The translations under genes and the position numbers were made by a program. A stretch of DNA of 64,000 nucleotides from Psammoneis japonica (Eukaryota): the NCBI GenBank assembly GCA_008632985.1, contig QPGO01000021.1, positions 372,001-436,000 of the forward strand. The letters are read 5' to 3'. Shown here piece by piece: positions 1 to 12,295 of this stretch; positions within the stretch are counted from its first letter, which is position 1; every line of letters starts with the position of its first letter. The notes under the pieces are model-generated. The model made no database searches. It was not told the origin of the DNA and worked only from the letters and a program-made list of their open reading frames with translations.

Positions 1-12
1 GCAAGCCAAGCA

Positions 13-1113
13 TCAAAGAGCAAACTGCCAATGGTGTCCCTCACCCTCCATCACTCCAAAACACGTGTTTCTACGGGGATCCAGAGTGCACTTCCTGCAG
101 CAGGCACACTTGCAAGAGTCGCACGCGCTGCATCCAGCAGAGCAGTCATTGGTTGCACAACAAAAACCACCGCACCCAACACAAATGACTCCATCAAAAC
201 AGCTTTGACATTGTGACAACGAGCAGGACGAGCACAGGAAGATCACAGTGGAGTCTTGACAAGAATTCCGATCTTGGCAACATTGCAGCATGCAGACATC
301 GCAAATGCCCTTCTGAGGGCAACCATCACTCATGCCGCAGCAGGTGAGTTTCTTGCATTTCTCACAGTGAGACAAACTCATCACCCAATGCAGATCATCT
401 TCGGGTGTCGCATGCGCAATGGCGCATTCGCAATGCCCACAGCGGGTTTGCTGAACATCGGCCTGGGTTTTGAGAGCTCCATGAAACTTGCGATAAAATT
501 GTGAGATACGGAAGTCAAAATTCCGATAAAAATCGGTTGAATAAGACCGTTGTTTCCGAATCTTGACAAGCGAGAGTCCCAGTGAACCGTCCTGCAGATC
601 GTTCGTTGGTGTAATCGGTGGCATGGACGAGAGCAACGGCAAAACGTATTGGACATCCAACTCGACAGGACCACATGGCCAAACTGTGTCCTTTTCATAA
701 GGGAATCCCGATTCGTTTTCAAAGACAAGTCTTAGATCAATCTCCCGTAGCATACACGAGCCGCGAAGAGGCTCCAATCCGTACCCACGTATGCGGGTGC
801 AGCCGTTGAGCTTGAGAATGCGACAGCGTTCAAGAGCTTGACTTTTGCAGAACAACGCTTCAAGTTGACAGTCTGAGATGCTTGACGCAACAGACATGCC
901 TACCGTACCAAAATCAATGGTACTCCAAAGCCAGGGATGTTCCTCAAAAACTTGCTTTTTCAATTGACTGTTGCATGCTCCGACGCAAACTAGCGATGCG
1001 AGATCCAAGCATTCCAAAATTTCGCCAACAGCACTCGACGGCAAATGGAGAGGCGGAATGATTGGCCCTTCAGCAATGCGCCGATGCTTGGCGGCGCTTC
1101 TGGTCTCTGGCAT
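13..1113 (-). CDS. F-box/LRR-like protein with Cys-rich (CxxC) C-terminus
   Basis: 366-aa ORF. It has an F-box-like segment (LHLPSSAVGEILECLDLASLVCVGACNSQLK...LWSTIDF), LRR-like repeats (LKLNGCTRIRGYGLEPL...LREIDL) and many CxxC pairs. Confidence 0.65.
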   Translation of the reverse strand: MPETRSAAKHRRIAEGPIIPPLHLPSSAVGEILECLDLASLVCVGACNSQLKKQVFEEHPWLWSTIDFGTVGMSVASSISDCQLEALFCKSQALERCRILKLNGCTRIRGYGLEPLRGSCMLREIDLRLVFENESGFPYEKDTVWPCGPVELDVQYVLPLLSSMPPITPTNDLQDGSLGLSLVKIRKQRSYSTDFYRNFDFRISQFYRKFHGALKTQADVQQTRCGHCECAIAHATPEDDLHWVMSLSHCEKCKKLTCCGMSDGCPQKGICDVCMLQCCQDRNSCQDSTVIFLCSSCSLSQCQSCFDGVICVGCGGFCCATNDCSAGCSACDSCKCACCRKCTLDPRRNTCFGVMEGEGHHWQFAL

Positions 1114-1416
1114 TGTCCTTTCTTGCTTCTCTGTTCTCTTTTACCGCTGTGATGTGATGTGTGCTTCTATGAGAGCTGAGAGCGGCGCGCCGAAAAAGCA
1201 CGTCGGAGGGAGGGATCGCGAGCGGCAGTGCTGAAACGTGTAGAATTATACAGGATCTTCTGATACCGCGAGCTCCTCTGTAAAGTTGAACATTCGAGCT
1301 CGAACTCCTGCCATCAAAAAAATCAAAAGAAAAAAGAACAAAAATGGTGTCAACCCGCGTTGTGTTAAAGCTCCTGTATTCATTGCTACTAGAGAGAGCC
1401 CAGCCATTTGTACAGA

Positions 1417-4400
1417 ATGTCGGGTTCTATACGACTAGATATCAATAGCCCCCGGTTCTGTGGAAGGGAAAAGGAGTTGAAGACACTCCAAGAAGCTTTT
1501 CAGCGGGTCGCTCCATCTGGAGAATCCATTGAACCCAAGCCTTCCAACGTATTCATCCAGGGTACTTCTGGATGTGGCAAGTCGACTCTGATTCAACGAT
1601 TTGCAGAAAACATAAATCAACATGGTGTCATTTACTGTCATGGAAAATTCGAGCAGGGTCAAGCGGCTACTGAACCGTTTTCGGGTATTGAGGGAGCGTT
1701 AATCCTGCTTGCACAGAAATTGAAAACAAAGAATACATGGAAAGAACAGCTTACGGAAGAATTGGAACAGCAAGTTCTACTTATTGAGACAGCTTTTCCG
1801 AGACTTAAAGGCCAGTTTGTAATGGATCGGAATGTTGTTGCGGCAACCGATGTCTCGTTTAGTAGCAAAGAAAATCAGTGGAGCTTTGATCGGCTGAAAT
1901 TCGCCATACGGTCCTTGCTGAGAGCAGTTTCCAAGAAATATACACTTGTTGTCTTTTTCGACGATTTGCAGTGGGCTGGAGATGAGTCATTGATGATCAT
2001 CAGGACTTTGGCCGAGGATTCAGATGAAGGACGGCGACGACTTTTGCTGATTGGTGCACACCGACCAGTGGATACTTTTTCTACTCTAGCAGACATGAAG
2101 AGCAATCTCCTCAACAAGTCTTGTCCCAATGACACAATCGCCTTTGCTCTTGAAAACTTGACAGCGGTTGACATTCGACAGCTGCTCGTCGGTCTGCTTC
2201 GTAGAGATGAGGAGGAGCTTGAATCTCTAGTGACGCTGGTGAGGCACAAGACGGACGGAAATGCGTTTTTCTTGATTCAATTTCTGCTCTTGCTAGAGCA
2301 AAGGGGGCTCTTGTTCTACTCGATTAATAGTTACAAATGGGATTGGAATGTCGAGGTAATTTCATCGCATACAGACATTTCAGACAATGTTCTTGGCATT
2401 GTAGCAGACAAGATTCGTACAGTGTCGGAACTTCGAAGAGAAGCTTTAACTATCGCGGCATGCCTTGGAGTTTCTCATTTTGATATTGAGACATTACATT
2501 GTATGATGGGATATGACCAGAGCAGTTATGACATAAGCGACGAGTCCAAGTCGAACTTTGTAACCAGAGACGAGCTTCTCGACGCTCTTCTCAAAGCCTG
2601 TGGAGATGGCTTCCTTGAAGATCTATCAAACGGACAATTCAAGTTTGTTCATGATCGTGTCCGTGAAGGTGCTTATGAATTGCTGCCGGTGGGTCAAGAG
2701 AGAACCAAATTGCATCTTACAATTGGAAGAAGATTATTTCGTAAACTATCGCAGGAAGTGTCGAGGGAGAGCCGAGCCTTCAACTCTGAGCGCATGGTTT
2801 TGCAATCAGCAAATCAAATGAACCTGGGAGCGGCCTTGATAACACAAAAGCGGGAGATGATAGACGTTGCGCGGCTAAACTATGATGCTGCGGAGTTAGC
2901 TGTGCGTAGGTCATCATTTGCTCCCGCCGCAGAGTTTCTTCGGAACGCGTAAGCCTTCTCGGCGACACGGCATGGGATGATGAAACCGATCTCATGATGA
3001 ACTGAGCATTGCACTGACTCGCATGGAATACTTATGTGGGAGGTTGGATGCCAGCCTGAGTTGTGGGTCGGATGTTGTGGCTCACGCAAAGAGTTTTGAC
3101 GACAAGAGAGTAGTTTATCACACCAGAATTCTTTGCCTCACGCAACAGCAGAAGGCAGACGAAGCTCTACAAGCTGTGTGTGAAATCCTGAGAGAGCTTG
3201 GCTGTGTCGTTCCTCGCCGGTTCAAGGCATTGCATGTCTTGAAGGAGGTCTTGCGAATAAAATGGACACTTCGGAATCTTTCCGACGATGATGTTCTGAA
3301 TCTTCCCAAAGCAGATGACTATGAGCGGTTAAGTGACATCTCAGAGCTCATGATGAGACTAGGCGAAATAGGGCTCAATGCTGCCAATCCAGATCTCGAT
3401 ATTATTTCATGGGCAATGATCTATGCTGCTCGGTTGACGTTTGCTCACGGTGCCGTCAGGATGACATCTGCCAGCATTAATGCGTGGGGCGCGGTTCTGG
3501 CCTGCATGGGATCATATCGCGAGGCAAACCGATTCGGGAAGCTTGGGCTGGAATGGGCAAACAAGATGCAGCACCCGTATCATGACTACCGCACGATATT
3601 GCTGTACCACTACTTTGTCTCGCACTGGCAGGAGAGCTTTCAATCTGCTGTGGAGCCCAGCTCTCGAGCCTTGGAGGAACTTTGGAAAATTGGAGCTGTC
3701 GATATTATCATGTTTGATGCAAGCACATATCTACGCGCTTACTTTTGCTCTGGTCTTCGCCTGGAACCACTTGATCACGATTCGAGAAAGTACATCAACT
3801 TGCTAAAGGACTATGGGCACGAAAACATGCGTTCGAACAATGTCGCTTTCTGTCAGGTTGTTTCGAATTTGATTGGAGCCAAGTCCGAGCATACGATAAA
3901 GCTGACGGGGGAGTATATGGATGAGGATGCATGCGTCAAGGAATGGACGGATGGCAGAAATGACCAAGCGATTCAGACGACTTACTTTGCTCGATTAATG
4001 CTGGCATACATCTTTGGCGACTTGAACTATGCTGACAATATGATGTCGAAAATGTGGTCGCCAGAAGAGGATGGGACGGAGATCTTTTGCAGTACAAGGT
4101 ACTTTTTTCAGGGAATGACGGCTCTTTCTCTCTACAGAAGTTCTCGGAAGCGTGCTCATCATCGGAAAGGAGTATCAATTATCGGTCGCATGGAAAAGTG
4201 GGTTAAACAGGGAGTGGTGAATTGTCATCCAATGCTCCTATTCCTGCGGGCCGAACGGGCGTCCGGAACCTCCAGAGCGAAGCCAGAGCAGGTACAGAAA
4301 CTATATGACGAGGCCATTTCTGCGACCGCAAAGCTTGGGATCCTCCACCTGCAAGCTCTCGGCTGCGAACGTGCGGGTACATTTTTCCTCGAACAAGGCG

Positions 4401-4618
4401 ATCGTCAGTGGGCGGCGACATATTTGGAGCGTGCAAGGTCGTTATACCAAGACTGGGATGCCTTTGCCAAGGTGAAGCAACTAAATAGTCGGTACAGTGA
4501 TCTTCTCGACGTCTCGGAAATCTCAGAGCAAAAAGGCAGTAGTCTCCGGGGCAAAGCAAAGCTGTCGAACCTTTCAACTGAACAACACAAGGTACTGCGC
4601 TACACTATCGAAGAATAG
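1417..4618 (+). CDS. STAND/AAA_16-type ATPase (COG3899-like) with TPR-like C-terminus; two apparent -1 frameshifts at ~2949 and ~3001
   Basis: Motifs FCGREKEL, Walker A GTSGCGKS, Walker B VVFFDDLQWA, KTDGNAFF and FKFVHDRVREGAY. ORFs 1408-2952 and 3023-4618 join through a third-frame bridge, VSLLGDTAWDDETDLMM-LSIALTRMEY. Confidence 0.75.
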
Positions 4619-4662
4619 AGTGTCTTTGTAAATGACACCAAATTGCTTTTTCTTTCAACTTA

Positions 4663-5839
4663 CTATCCATAGCATCGAATTGTAGTGTCTTCACCTTTTT
4701 TTGCTGATTGTCCACCCTTCAACAAGTATTGTTGGTGGTAGTCTTCTGCATCCCAAAACGTTGTGGCAGGCAAGACCTCTGTCTTGCAGTCTGTTCCAAA
4801 ACTTCCAACGATTTGTGTCGCTACCTTTTCTTGTTCATCATTGTGATAATAAACGCCGTGTCGATATTGTGTTCCAATGTCGTTTGCCACTTGGTTTTTG
4901 AGGTATTTGTTTTCGCCCAAGCGATCCATGGCACGTCGTACAAGCGCCTCGTATGAAACAATTGTTTCATCAAACGTAACCATGATTGCCTCGGTATGTC
5001 CAGTGGTTCCGGAGCAAACGTCTTTATAGGATGGATTATCGACAGTACCCTGCGTATAACCAACCTTTGTGCCTGCAAAAGTGTGCATTATGTTAGAGAA
5101 ATCAACAACCAAACGTTTTGCAGCGAGAAGAAAATCGCTACGTACCAACGACACCTGGCTGTCTCATGAAATCCAACTCTCCTCCCCAGAAACATCCTAA
5201 AGCAAAGGTTGCCAGCTGATATTTGTTATCAGATTTCTCTGGCATGTACTCTTCTGTACCTATCGGTCCTTGTTCAATATTCAAAAGTTTGACATGCGCC
5301 TGGTAGGTGGCTCCCGCCAATGGCGGATTCCCATCCATGGTAAAGGTCGTATCCGTAACGTCCGTGACGGTACATTTCAATCCATTTGCCAAGACGAGTT
5401 CGGTTCCAAGCTTGATTTGACTCGCCATGGATTCGTCCAAATCCGACTTTTGGAGCGTTGCCACTAGATTGGGATTTCGTGCTCCCCACCCCGCGTCCAT
5501 GACGACATGGTCGAGCTCGTCACCGACGCGGGTCATGTTGTGTAGAATCAAATCATGAAGACCCGGCAAGTAGTTGCCGCCGCCCAAGACAAAGGTTATG
5601 ATCCCGGAAGAATCAAAGAGCGATTCTGGAACAAAGTCGCCAAGTGGTTGCAAATCCCATTCCACTGTAACAATGGATCCTTTTTCAAGTATTGTTGAAG
5701 TGTCGTGCAAGGCCAGTGATTTTCGTGACGAAATTATTGATCGACCGCCAAAAGCAGGTGGTGGTGGTCGGACAGTAGAAAAGGCATGACTGCAACTCGC
5801 AGCCATCAGGAAAAGGAAGAAGCGTCCTACTAGAAACAT
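4663..5839 (-). CDS. msrA: Plastid-targeted FKBP-type (SlyD-like) PPIase fused to peptide methionine sulfoxide reductase A; intron 5073-5145
   Basis: Signal peptide ending SHA-F. FKBP-like motifs FVLGGGNYLPGL and DGNPPLAG. MsrA motifs ATFALGCFWGGE, VCSGTTGHTEA, DIGTQYRHG and AEDYHQQYL. The GT...AG intron joins VVG-TKVGY in frame. Confidence 0.9.
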
Positions 5840-6182
5840 CTTGACCTCGCAAATGAATTGAAACAACCATTAACACGGTTTCGGGCGGAAAAAGTAGGAA
5901 GAGCATGAAGCATGAAGCATGACGTGTTGTGCGCTTTTCCCGCCAAAAAAGAAGGCGCACCCGATTTCACAGACACGCAAGCAAACATGCACGACAGAAA
6001 GATCTATTCTCGCCGCATGCCGCATGCGAAGCAGGTGCCAGTCAGTGCATGCAATCTATTTTTTCTGGTTTCTGGAGGTGTCGACCGCATATGGTAGCCA
6101 CAAGCCCTCAGGATACAGTAGAGACCATCATCTTTTTCGTCAGATCTTTTGTGTACCGTATGGATAGAACATAGCAAAGAAA

Positions 6183-7194
6183 ATGCCGAACGAAAAACGC
6201 ACTAAAACGCAGAGCTCTGAAACAATGAGCAAAAGAGCTCGAAACAACGACGAAAATGATGACGAATTATCCGAAGAATCTGTAGTATCGTCTTGTGCAG
6301 AGCTACATGAAATCTCTCGACTTCGTGTGGAACATGCATCCTCCCATTCTCTAGACTCGATCGAGCAGCCCCATGGCCGAGCAAGTGGTGTATTCAAGTT
6401 TGAGATTGCTGAAAACGACGTCAGGGCTCTTGCCAAACTCAATGCGGAAATTGCAAATCGAGTTGTATCCGGAGTCACGTGGGGTGAAGGAGACGAGGAG
6501 AATGACCCGCGACGGCGCATGTACGGATTCATGCCTGGCAAGCGGCAAGAGCTAGAGGCGTCTGGCGTTCGACTCGAAGCAGTGTCGTTACAACAAGACG
6601 ATACAGAAAAGAGTGGTCGACATTCCGAGCACGCACAAGTCATGGCAAATTCAAGTGTGGATCTAATCGATTCGGCAAGTAAGGATGGCATAGACGCAGA
6701 AAGATGGTGCAGCTGGATTTGGAAATGAAGAAGGCCATAGAGACAATCACTCGTAAGGTTCACGACTTGGTGACCGAAAAATACCGCCGCTTCATCACAA
6801 TGGACCAGCTGGTTGCAGTGCAACCCAATCTCCACAACGGTGCGGCACACCTTCCGCTTCATTTAGACTTTCCCAGAAACGACGGCTTTGGTGTAGTCAT
6901 TGTTACCATTTGTATTTCCAATCAAGACTCGGAAATCATTTTGGTGGACTACGGAGACGATGGAGAGCAACCCAAGTCGTGGTCGTTTCTCTGTCCAAGG
7001 GTGAGGGATACATTCTCAGTGGCAATGCACGAAACAAGTGCCTGCATGGTGTGCTTGACAAAGCCGCTGCTCAAGCAAGCAGCGATAAGGAGGCCCTTGC
7101 TACAACGTGTTTTCGAGAAACCATGAATTTGCGATACGGCTTGCATACGATAGAGCTGGCGGATTCCGAAATCAATTGCCATTGGCCAGAGTAG
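6183..7194 (+). CDS. Putative AlkB-like 2OG-Fe(II) dioxygenase, split by frameshifts near 6720 and 6990
   Basis: Three overlapping ORFs give LPLHLD (HxD), GVVIVTI, GEGYILSGNARNKCLHGV (distal His) and RETMNLRYG (RxxxxxR). This order matches the AlkB-type DSBH motif layout. Confidence 0.55.
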
Positions 7195-7864
7195 GACTTG
7201 GCCGTGTGCCTCTACAGAGCAATAATGTCATTGATTTCGACTGCTCGAAACGGTGCAATCTCTGTCTTCTTGCTGGTCGCCACCTTGCGCGGTGTTGGGG
7301 TTACTCTTCTTCAGTTCCGAACGTTGAGCTACAGCTTCCCCGGTGCACATGACGGTGATTTTTGTAGTGGTTAGTGCCGCAATTGATCTTATTGCACCAC
7401 TCTGTCACCATGGCTTACAGACCTTCCTAGAGCCCCGATGAATTGGGTCTCTAGAGTGTGTTCTCATGGAAAAAGTGCACAGTCCAGTTTACGCCGCAAC
7501 ACGTCAGTGGTGTTTCACACACCATTCTCGTTTTGGTGGTGGTGGTGNGGGGGGGGGGGGGGTGAAGCAGAGGATTGCTGCAGCCTGTTGTACTTCTTTT
7601 GTAGCTCTGCAACACCGTCAAGGTCACTTCATCATCCATCTTCTATTCGCGTGTTTCAGTTCGAGGTTTCAAGTTCGAGGATGATTTCAGATTGATTCAT
7701 TCGAGCGCGTGGCGCGTGCCCGCGCTAACAATGCCAAAATGTCGCACCGCCGGAGGCACAAGGCACAAGCACACAAATTCTTTGTAACAGAAGAAGACTG
7801 AAGTACACATAAAACGCAAGCGTAAAAACTGAAAACGTAATTACCCGTTGCTTCTCGTCGTAAC

Positions 7865-9595
7865 ATGGACGACTTTAAATGGTTTGCACGTACGGCCGAG
7901 CGTCTCCCGGACAAGTTTTGGATCGAGGGCCACAGCTCCGAGCAATCTGCGCCGTGCGTCTCCTCCCCTCTCCAGAGTTGGATCGACCGAGCTCACAGGG
8001 CACCGGTTGGTCGCGGCCCTGACACGGTGACAGACGAGAACGTCCGTAAATGTCTCGAAGTGGAACAAGCTTCCGACCTTTCGGAAGAAGAACTGCCACA
8101 CTGGGGTGGGCTCGACGAAGCTTTAAAGCACATTGCCCAAGAACTGACTCCAGGATTTCCCCTCAGGGCGGACTTCTACAAGCTCTTGATTTATCGTCCA
8201 GGCGATTATTTCAAAAGCCACCGAGATAGCAAGAAGGGAAAAGACCACATTATCACGCTGTCAGTCGTGTGTGGAATTTTAGACGGCGACACCGCCCAAA
8301 TCCAACAACACACGGATCCAAACAGTGGCGGCGAATTGGTGTTCACCGACAATCGTCCTCCAGATGCCAAATGGGAGACTCGTGGAGGTCCCGGAGCCTA
8401 TGCAGCCTGGTTCAACACGGAGGAGCACGAGGTGACACCGTTGCGGGAGGGACACCGCGTGATGCTTACGTACAATGTCAGTCTGGCTGATTGTGCGACT
8501 GCCTCTCCAAAAAAGCCACTCGTACCCCACGATGGAATCAACGCGGTCGATCAATCCGCATTGTCGTGGTTGCCAGCCGAAGTGTTGTACTCGCTGATTG
8601 ATTTCTGCCCCATCCAAGATAAATGTGCGTTGCGCCTCACCTGCCGCTCCGTCTGCAAGTTTCTGTCAAGCAAATCTATCTATGTGGCCTATCTGGCCGA
8701 ACAGCTTCAAGCGCGTCGCTCCGCCCTGCTGAAGCGGCTGCTTCGACCAATACGACCGGTGGCGGGTCCCAATACGAGTATGGCTCTGTTTCTGAAGCAC
8801 GAATATAGCTTTGATGGTCAACGACACATTGACCCGCGTCACTTGCGTGGTAGCGACGCGCTGCTTTTACAAGCTGTGCAAGAGGCATTCCCAGACGCCG
8901 TCTGTGAAACGCGGGAAGCCTTTTTGCACTACACACGCCAGTTTTCTCGACTTAGGGGTGAAGGAGAATTGATGGAATTGATGGCAAGATATGATTATGA
9001 GAATCTCATAGTTGTACAAGCGGCCACACCTCCAAACGTATGGCAAGAGGCGCCACGCGACAACGGCGCCTATGAAGGACCGCGTTTGTTGACAGTCAAA
9101 GAAAAGTATCGCCATTTGCTTCCCGCTGGAGTTTCGCATATCTACAAGAATTATCATGGGAAAGGTCTTCACCCAAGCGAATACGACGCCGAAACGGGCA
9201 AACAGTCTTGCCTGTGGCCCTTTTTCCATACCGTGTTTGCGTTGCGAGACGAAGACATACACCGCGTATTTCGTCATCGCATATTGTCAGGGCGTTCCGA
9301 AAACCACGATTTGGGCAACGAAGGTTGGCAAAGTGAAGACACGTTGTATGGCTCTGCCTGTCTGATCATTCACTTCAAGGAGCTTCAGACAAAGGTGGAA
9401 AAGAAGCTCAAAACAAAGTGGGCCCGTTTTGCTGTGAGAAATCCTCAAGTGGTAGGACTAGGGGATTACAGTTCCGATCCGGAAGTCAGACGCCGCGAAA
9501 TTTTGCAACGGGAGAGGGACCTTAGGGAAGCCGAAAACGTGGTATTAATGTTTTTGAGCGATCGTCATTGGAAGCATTGGTACAACCTAGTTTGA
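7865..9595 (+). CDS. 2OG-Fe(II) oxygenase (P4Hc-like) fused to an internal F-box
   Basis: Oxygenase motifs YKLLIYRPGDYFKSHRD, GGELVF and HEVTPLREGHRVMLTYN, followed by the F-box-like LSWLPAEVLYSLIDFCPIQDKCALRLTCRSV. Confidence 0.8.
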   Translation: MDDFKWFARTAERLPDKFWIEGHSSEQSAPCVSSPLQSWIDRAHRAPVGRGPDTVTDENVRKCLEVEQASDLSEEELPHWGGLDEALKHIAQELTPGFPLRADFYKLLIYRPGDYFKSHRDSKKGKDHIITLSVVCGILDGDTAQIQQHTDPNSGGELVFTDNRPPDAKWETRGGPGAYAAWFNTEEHEVTPLREGHRVMLTYNVSLADCATASPKKPLVPHDGINAVDQSALSWLPAEVLYSLIDFCPIQDKCALRLTCRSVCKFLSSKSIYVAYLAEQLQARRSALLKRLLRPIRPVAGPNTSMALFLKHEYSFDGQRHIDPRHLRGSDALLLQAVQEAFPDAVCETREAFLHYTRQFSRLRGEGELMELMARYDYENLIVVQAATPPNVWQEAPRDNGAYEGPRLLTVKEKYRHLLPAGVSHIYKNYHGKGLHPSEYDAETGKQSCLWPFFHTVFALRDEDIHRVFRHRILSGRSENHDLGNEGWQSEDTLYGSACLIIHFKELQTKVEKKLKTKWARFAVRNPQVVGLGDYSSDPEVRRREILQRERDLREAENVVLMFLSDRHWKHWYNLV

Positions 9596-9899
9596 TTCGG
9601 CTTCTAAACTCCCCTAACTACGAAAGTCGGCGAATCAATTCCAATTGTTTCTTTTTTGTTCTTTTATCATGCTATCTAAACATTCGAGCATTCGTCCCCC
9701 CGGCTGATTTTTCTTATGTGTCTTCTATTGTTTTGGAAAAAATCAAATAATATCTTCAAAATTCTTCGAGGAAGTCCTCGCGCGCTGCGACCTGTCGGAA
9801 ATTCTAAAAGCGCGGTTCCGCGGTCGACCGCGGTCGAGCCACAACTAGCCCGGAACACATTTTCGGTCGCCACGGATTTTGCAATTTTTGCGCCGATCC

Positions 9900-12000
9900 C
9901 TGCTTTGCTGTGGACGAGACCATCACCGTGGCCAAACCATCAATCAATCAGCACCGTGGACATTCCGAGTGATTCTGACTCAGAGAGTGACATGCAGGAA
10001 GCCGTGGAGGTTGTTTCTGTTCATTTAACTCCCTTTTCTGATGACACACACACAATGCGGTGCACCGCCTTTTTTTGGGTCTAGAGTGAGCAACAATGGC
10101 GAGCCACAGCGGGCCCCAAAATCCAGCACAGGACAACTCAGTGGCACCAGTGAGGACCACAAATCTGGGTCTTCAATGATCAAAATCGGTTGCATGTTGA
10201 GTGGTGTGAAGAGGCTGTGCAGTGTGGCTGTGAATGTTCTCAGCCCACTTCTCTTGTGACAAAAATGTCATGACAAAAAAGACTCACTCATGTTGTTTGC
10301 ATCATCACTCTCATCTTCATTTTGTGCAGATCAAGATGTCTTGTCACTGTCAGCATCAAGCAGCACAGATTGTCTCATTGCCACTGCCTGCCACCAACTC
10401 ACATTGTCTTCTTGTGTTGAAAAAATTGCAAGTGTGCCACCTTGGATGATGTTGAGGTTTTTGTTGGCTGGTGCATGGGAGATTTGCCCCATCATGAGTC
10501 TGGCACAACTGCTGAGACAAGGACTTCATGCACCTGAAAACCATCATGGGCATTGAAGCAAAGAGATTGGCAGCTGAGCACCTCTCCACACCTTTGCTTC
10601 TAAATTGAAGCTGAGGAAGGGCTGCAGTTTGGTCAAAGGGGGAGCTTGCCAAAGCCGTTGTCCAAAGAAAAACCACAACTGAAGTGTGCCAATGTGTCGG
10701 TGCTTCTCGAAACTGATCAGTGATTGCTGAAGCAGCAGGCACCAGTGGCAGCCAAAACAACAAAGAAGAAAGCTGCTGTCATGGATGAAAACAGGGAAGT
10801 TGAGTGCAAACAACCCTGCATTGTTGACAGCTTCAAGAAACTGATCATCTCACACCACCTGGTTGAGTTTGTCAACATTCAAAAGACATCAAGAATGTTG
10901 TTTGAGTTTGCCACCTTGGAGTCAAAATCTGACCATGATGACAACACTGCACAAGTTGAGCTGATGGGGATGTTGCCAATGCCAATGCTTGCTGCATTCA
11001 CAAATGACTCCAGAGTGGTGTGTGACATGTTGGACAGAACTCTCCAGTGCAGCCCAGCTTTTCCAAGCATGTGTGCTTCAGATTTCTGTTGCTTTGTTTT
11101 TTCCACCTTTTCAACAACAGAGATGAGCACCAAAGGGCATGTCATCCTTGTGCAGAGCCAGTCACACAGAACTTTTCACCTGGGTGTGGTGGCAGAGAAG
11201 AAGTTCCTCAGCCCAAAGTTGGCTCTTTGTCTCTTTGGCTTCCCCTTTTGTTTGCATTTTTTTGTGTGCACCCCAATGGCTGGGGGTGCCAAAAAAAGAT
11301 GAGCCACTGGGTGTTGACATTGCTCGCCCATGTGATGCGTTGTGGTTGTTTCATTGCAAGCACTGGCGTTTTTTAGAGTGCACAACTCAAGAAATGTGAC
11401 ATCTGCGCCACGCTGCGCACATTTTTGACAGTGCAAATCACAGCCAAAAGTGCTGCCAAGAAAAGCATGGGGTCCACAGTCAACCATGCCACACTGCATT
11501 TTTTTCATCCAAAGGTTCTGACAGGAACCATCAGGCTCTCAGAGTCACCCTTTGAGAAAAAATTGCACAGGAGGAGAGCACAACCAGAAAAGACTGTTTT
11601 CCATCAGCCCAGATGAGGGAAATTGATTGAAATGTCATCTGATCAAAGGCACTGCTCTTTGCTTGCCATGCAAGTCAAAATGCCTTTGACCAGATGACAT
11701 TTGTTTCAGCTGAGTTCCTGCAAAAGTTGGCAGCCTCTCGCATGACGATTGATTCAGTGACGCCATTGTGACGTGTCGCACTATTCTTGCGCGCCAAAAA
11801 TCACATACACCCAATTGGACAGCCACACTCACAAAACATGCAATGATCTGTTGCTGATGCAGTCATGTTCAACCGGAAAATCAAAAGCAACAAGCAACAT
11901 GTGTTGTGTGACTGGTGCGCACTTTATCCATTGCCAATGCCATTAGCAAGAGAAACACGAGATGATGGTCCTTGACAACCGCCTGCTCGCTAGTAGTCCC
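9900..12000. mobile_element. Unclassified degenerate repeat/TE-like block, depleted of TpA and CpG
   Basis: TA is almost absent. The ORFs in all frames are Tyr-free and Cys/His-rich, and I recognise no domain. Confidence 0.45.
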
Positions 12001-12295
12001 ATTGGCTGTCTGTCTTTGTGCTCCATGAGAATTTGCTGACAGCTGTTTTTTCAAATTCATGTAGAATTCCTACGTGGCAAATGTACGGGGTATCTTTCCA
12101 CTTCGATTGCCGTCGGCTGCTCGTAGAATCTACGTAGGATCATACCATCATTGCTGCGTCATTCTCTCTGCGATTTTCGAATTCCAACATTCTCATCACA
12201 CACGCGTGTCATTTTCATCGCAACACCAAAACAACATACCGCAACGACAGTTGTTGCTGTTGTTAGTCCAGTCTGCTATTACATCCACTACAACA

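Noticed and set aside
2940..3025. Possible intron or programmed frameshift splitting the AAA ATPase
   Set aside because: The intervening DNA translates as plausible protein with two single-base losses. Similar slips at ~6720, ~6990, ~13000 and ~59210 suggest assembly indel errors, although pseudogenisation is not excluded.
7530..7565. (GGT)n/poly-G tract with an N (also poly-G at ~23780)
   Set aside because: Low-complexity sequence with an uncertain base call and no functional evidence.
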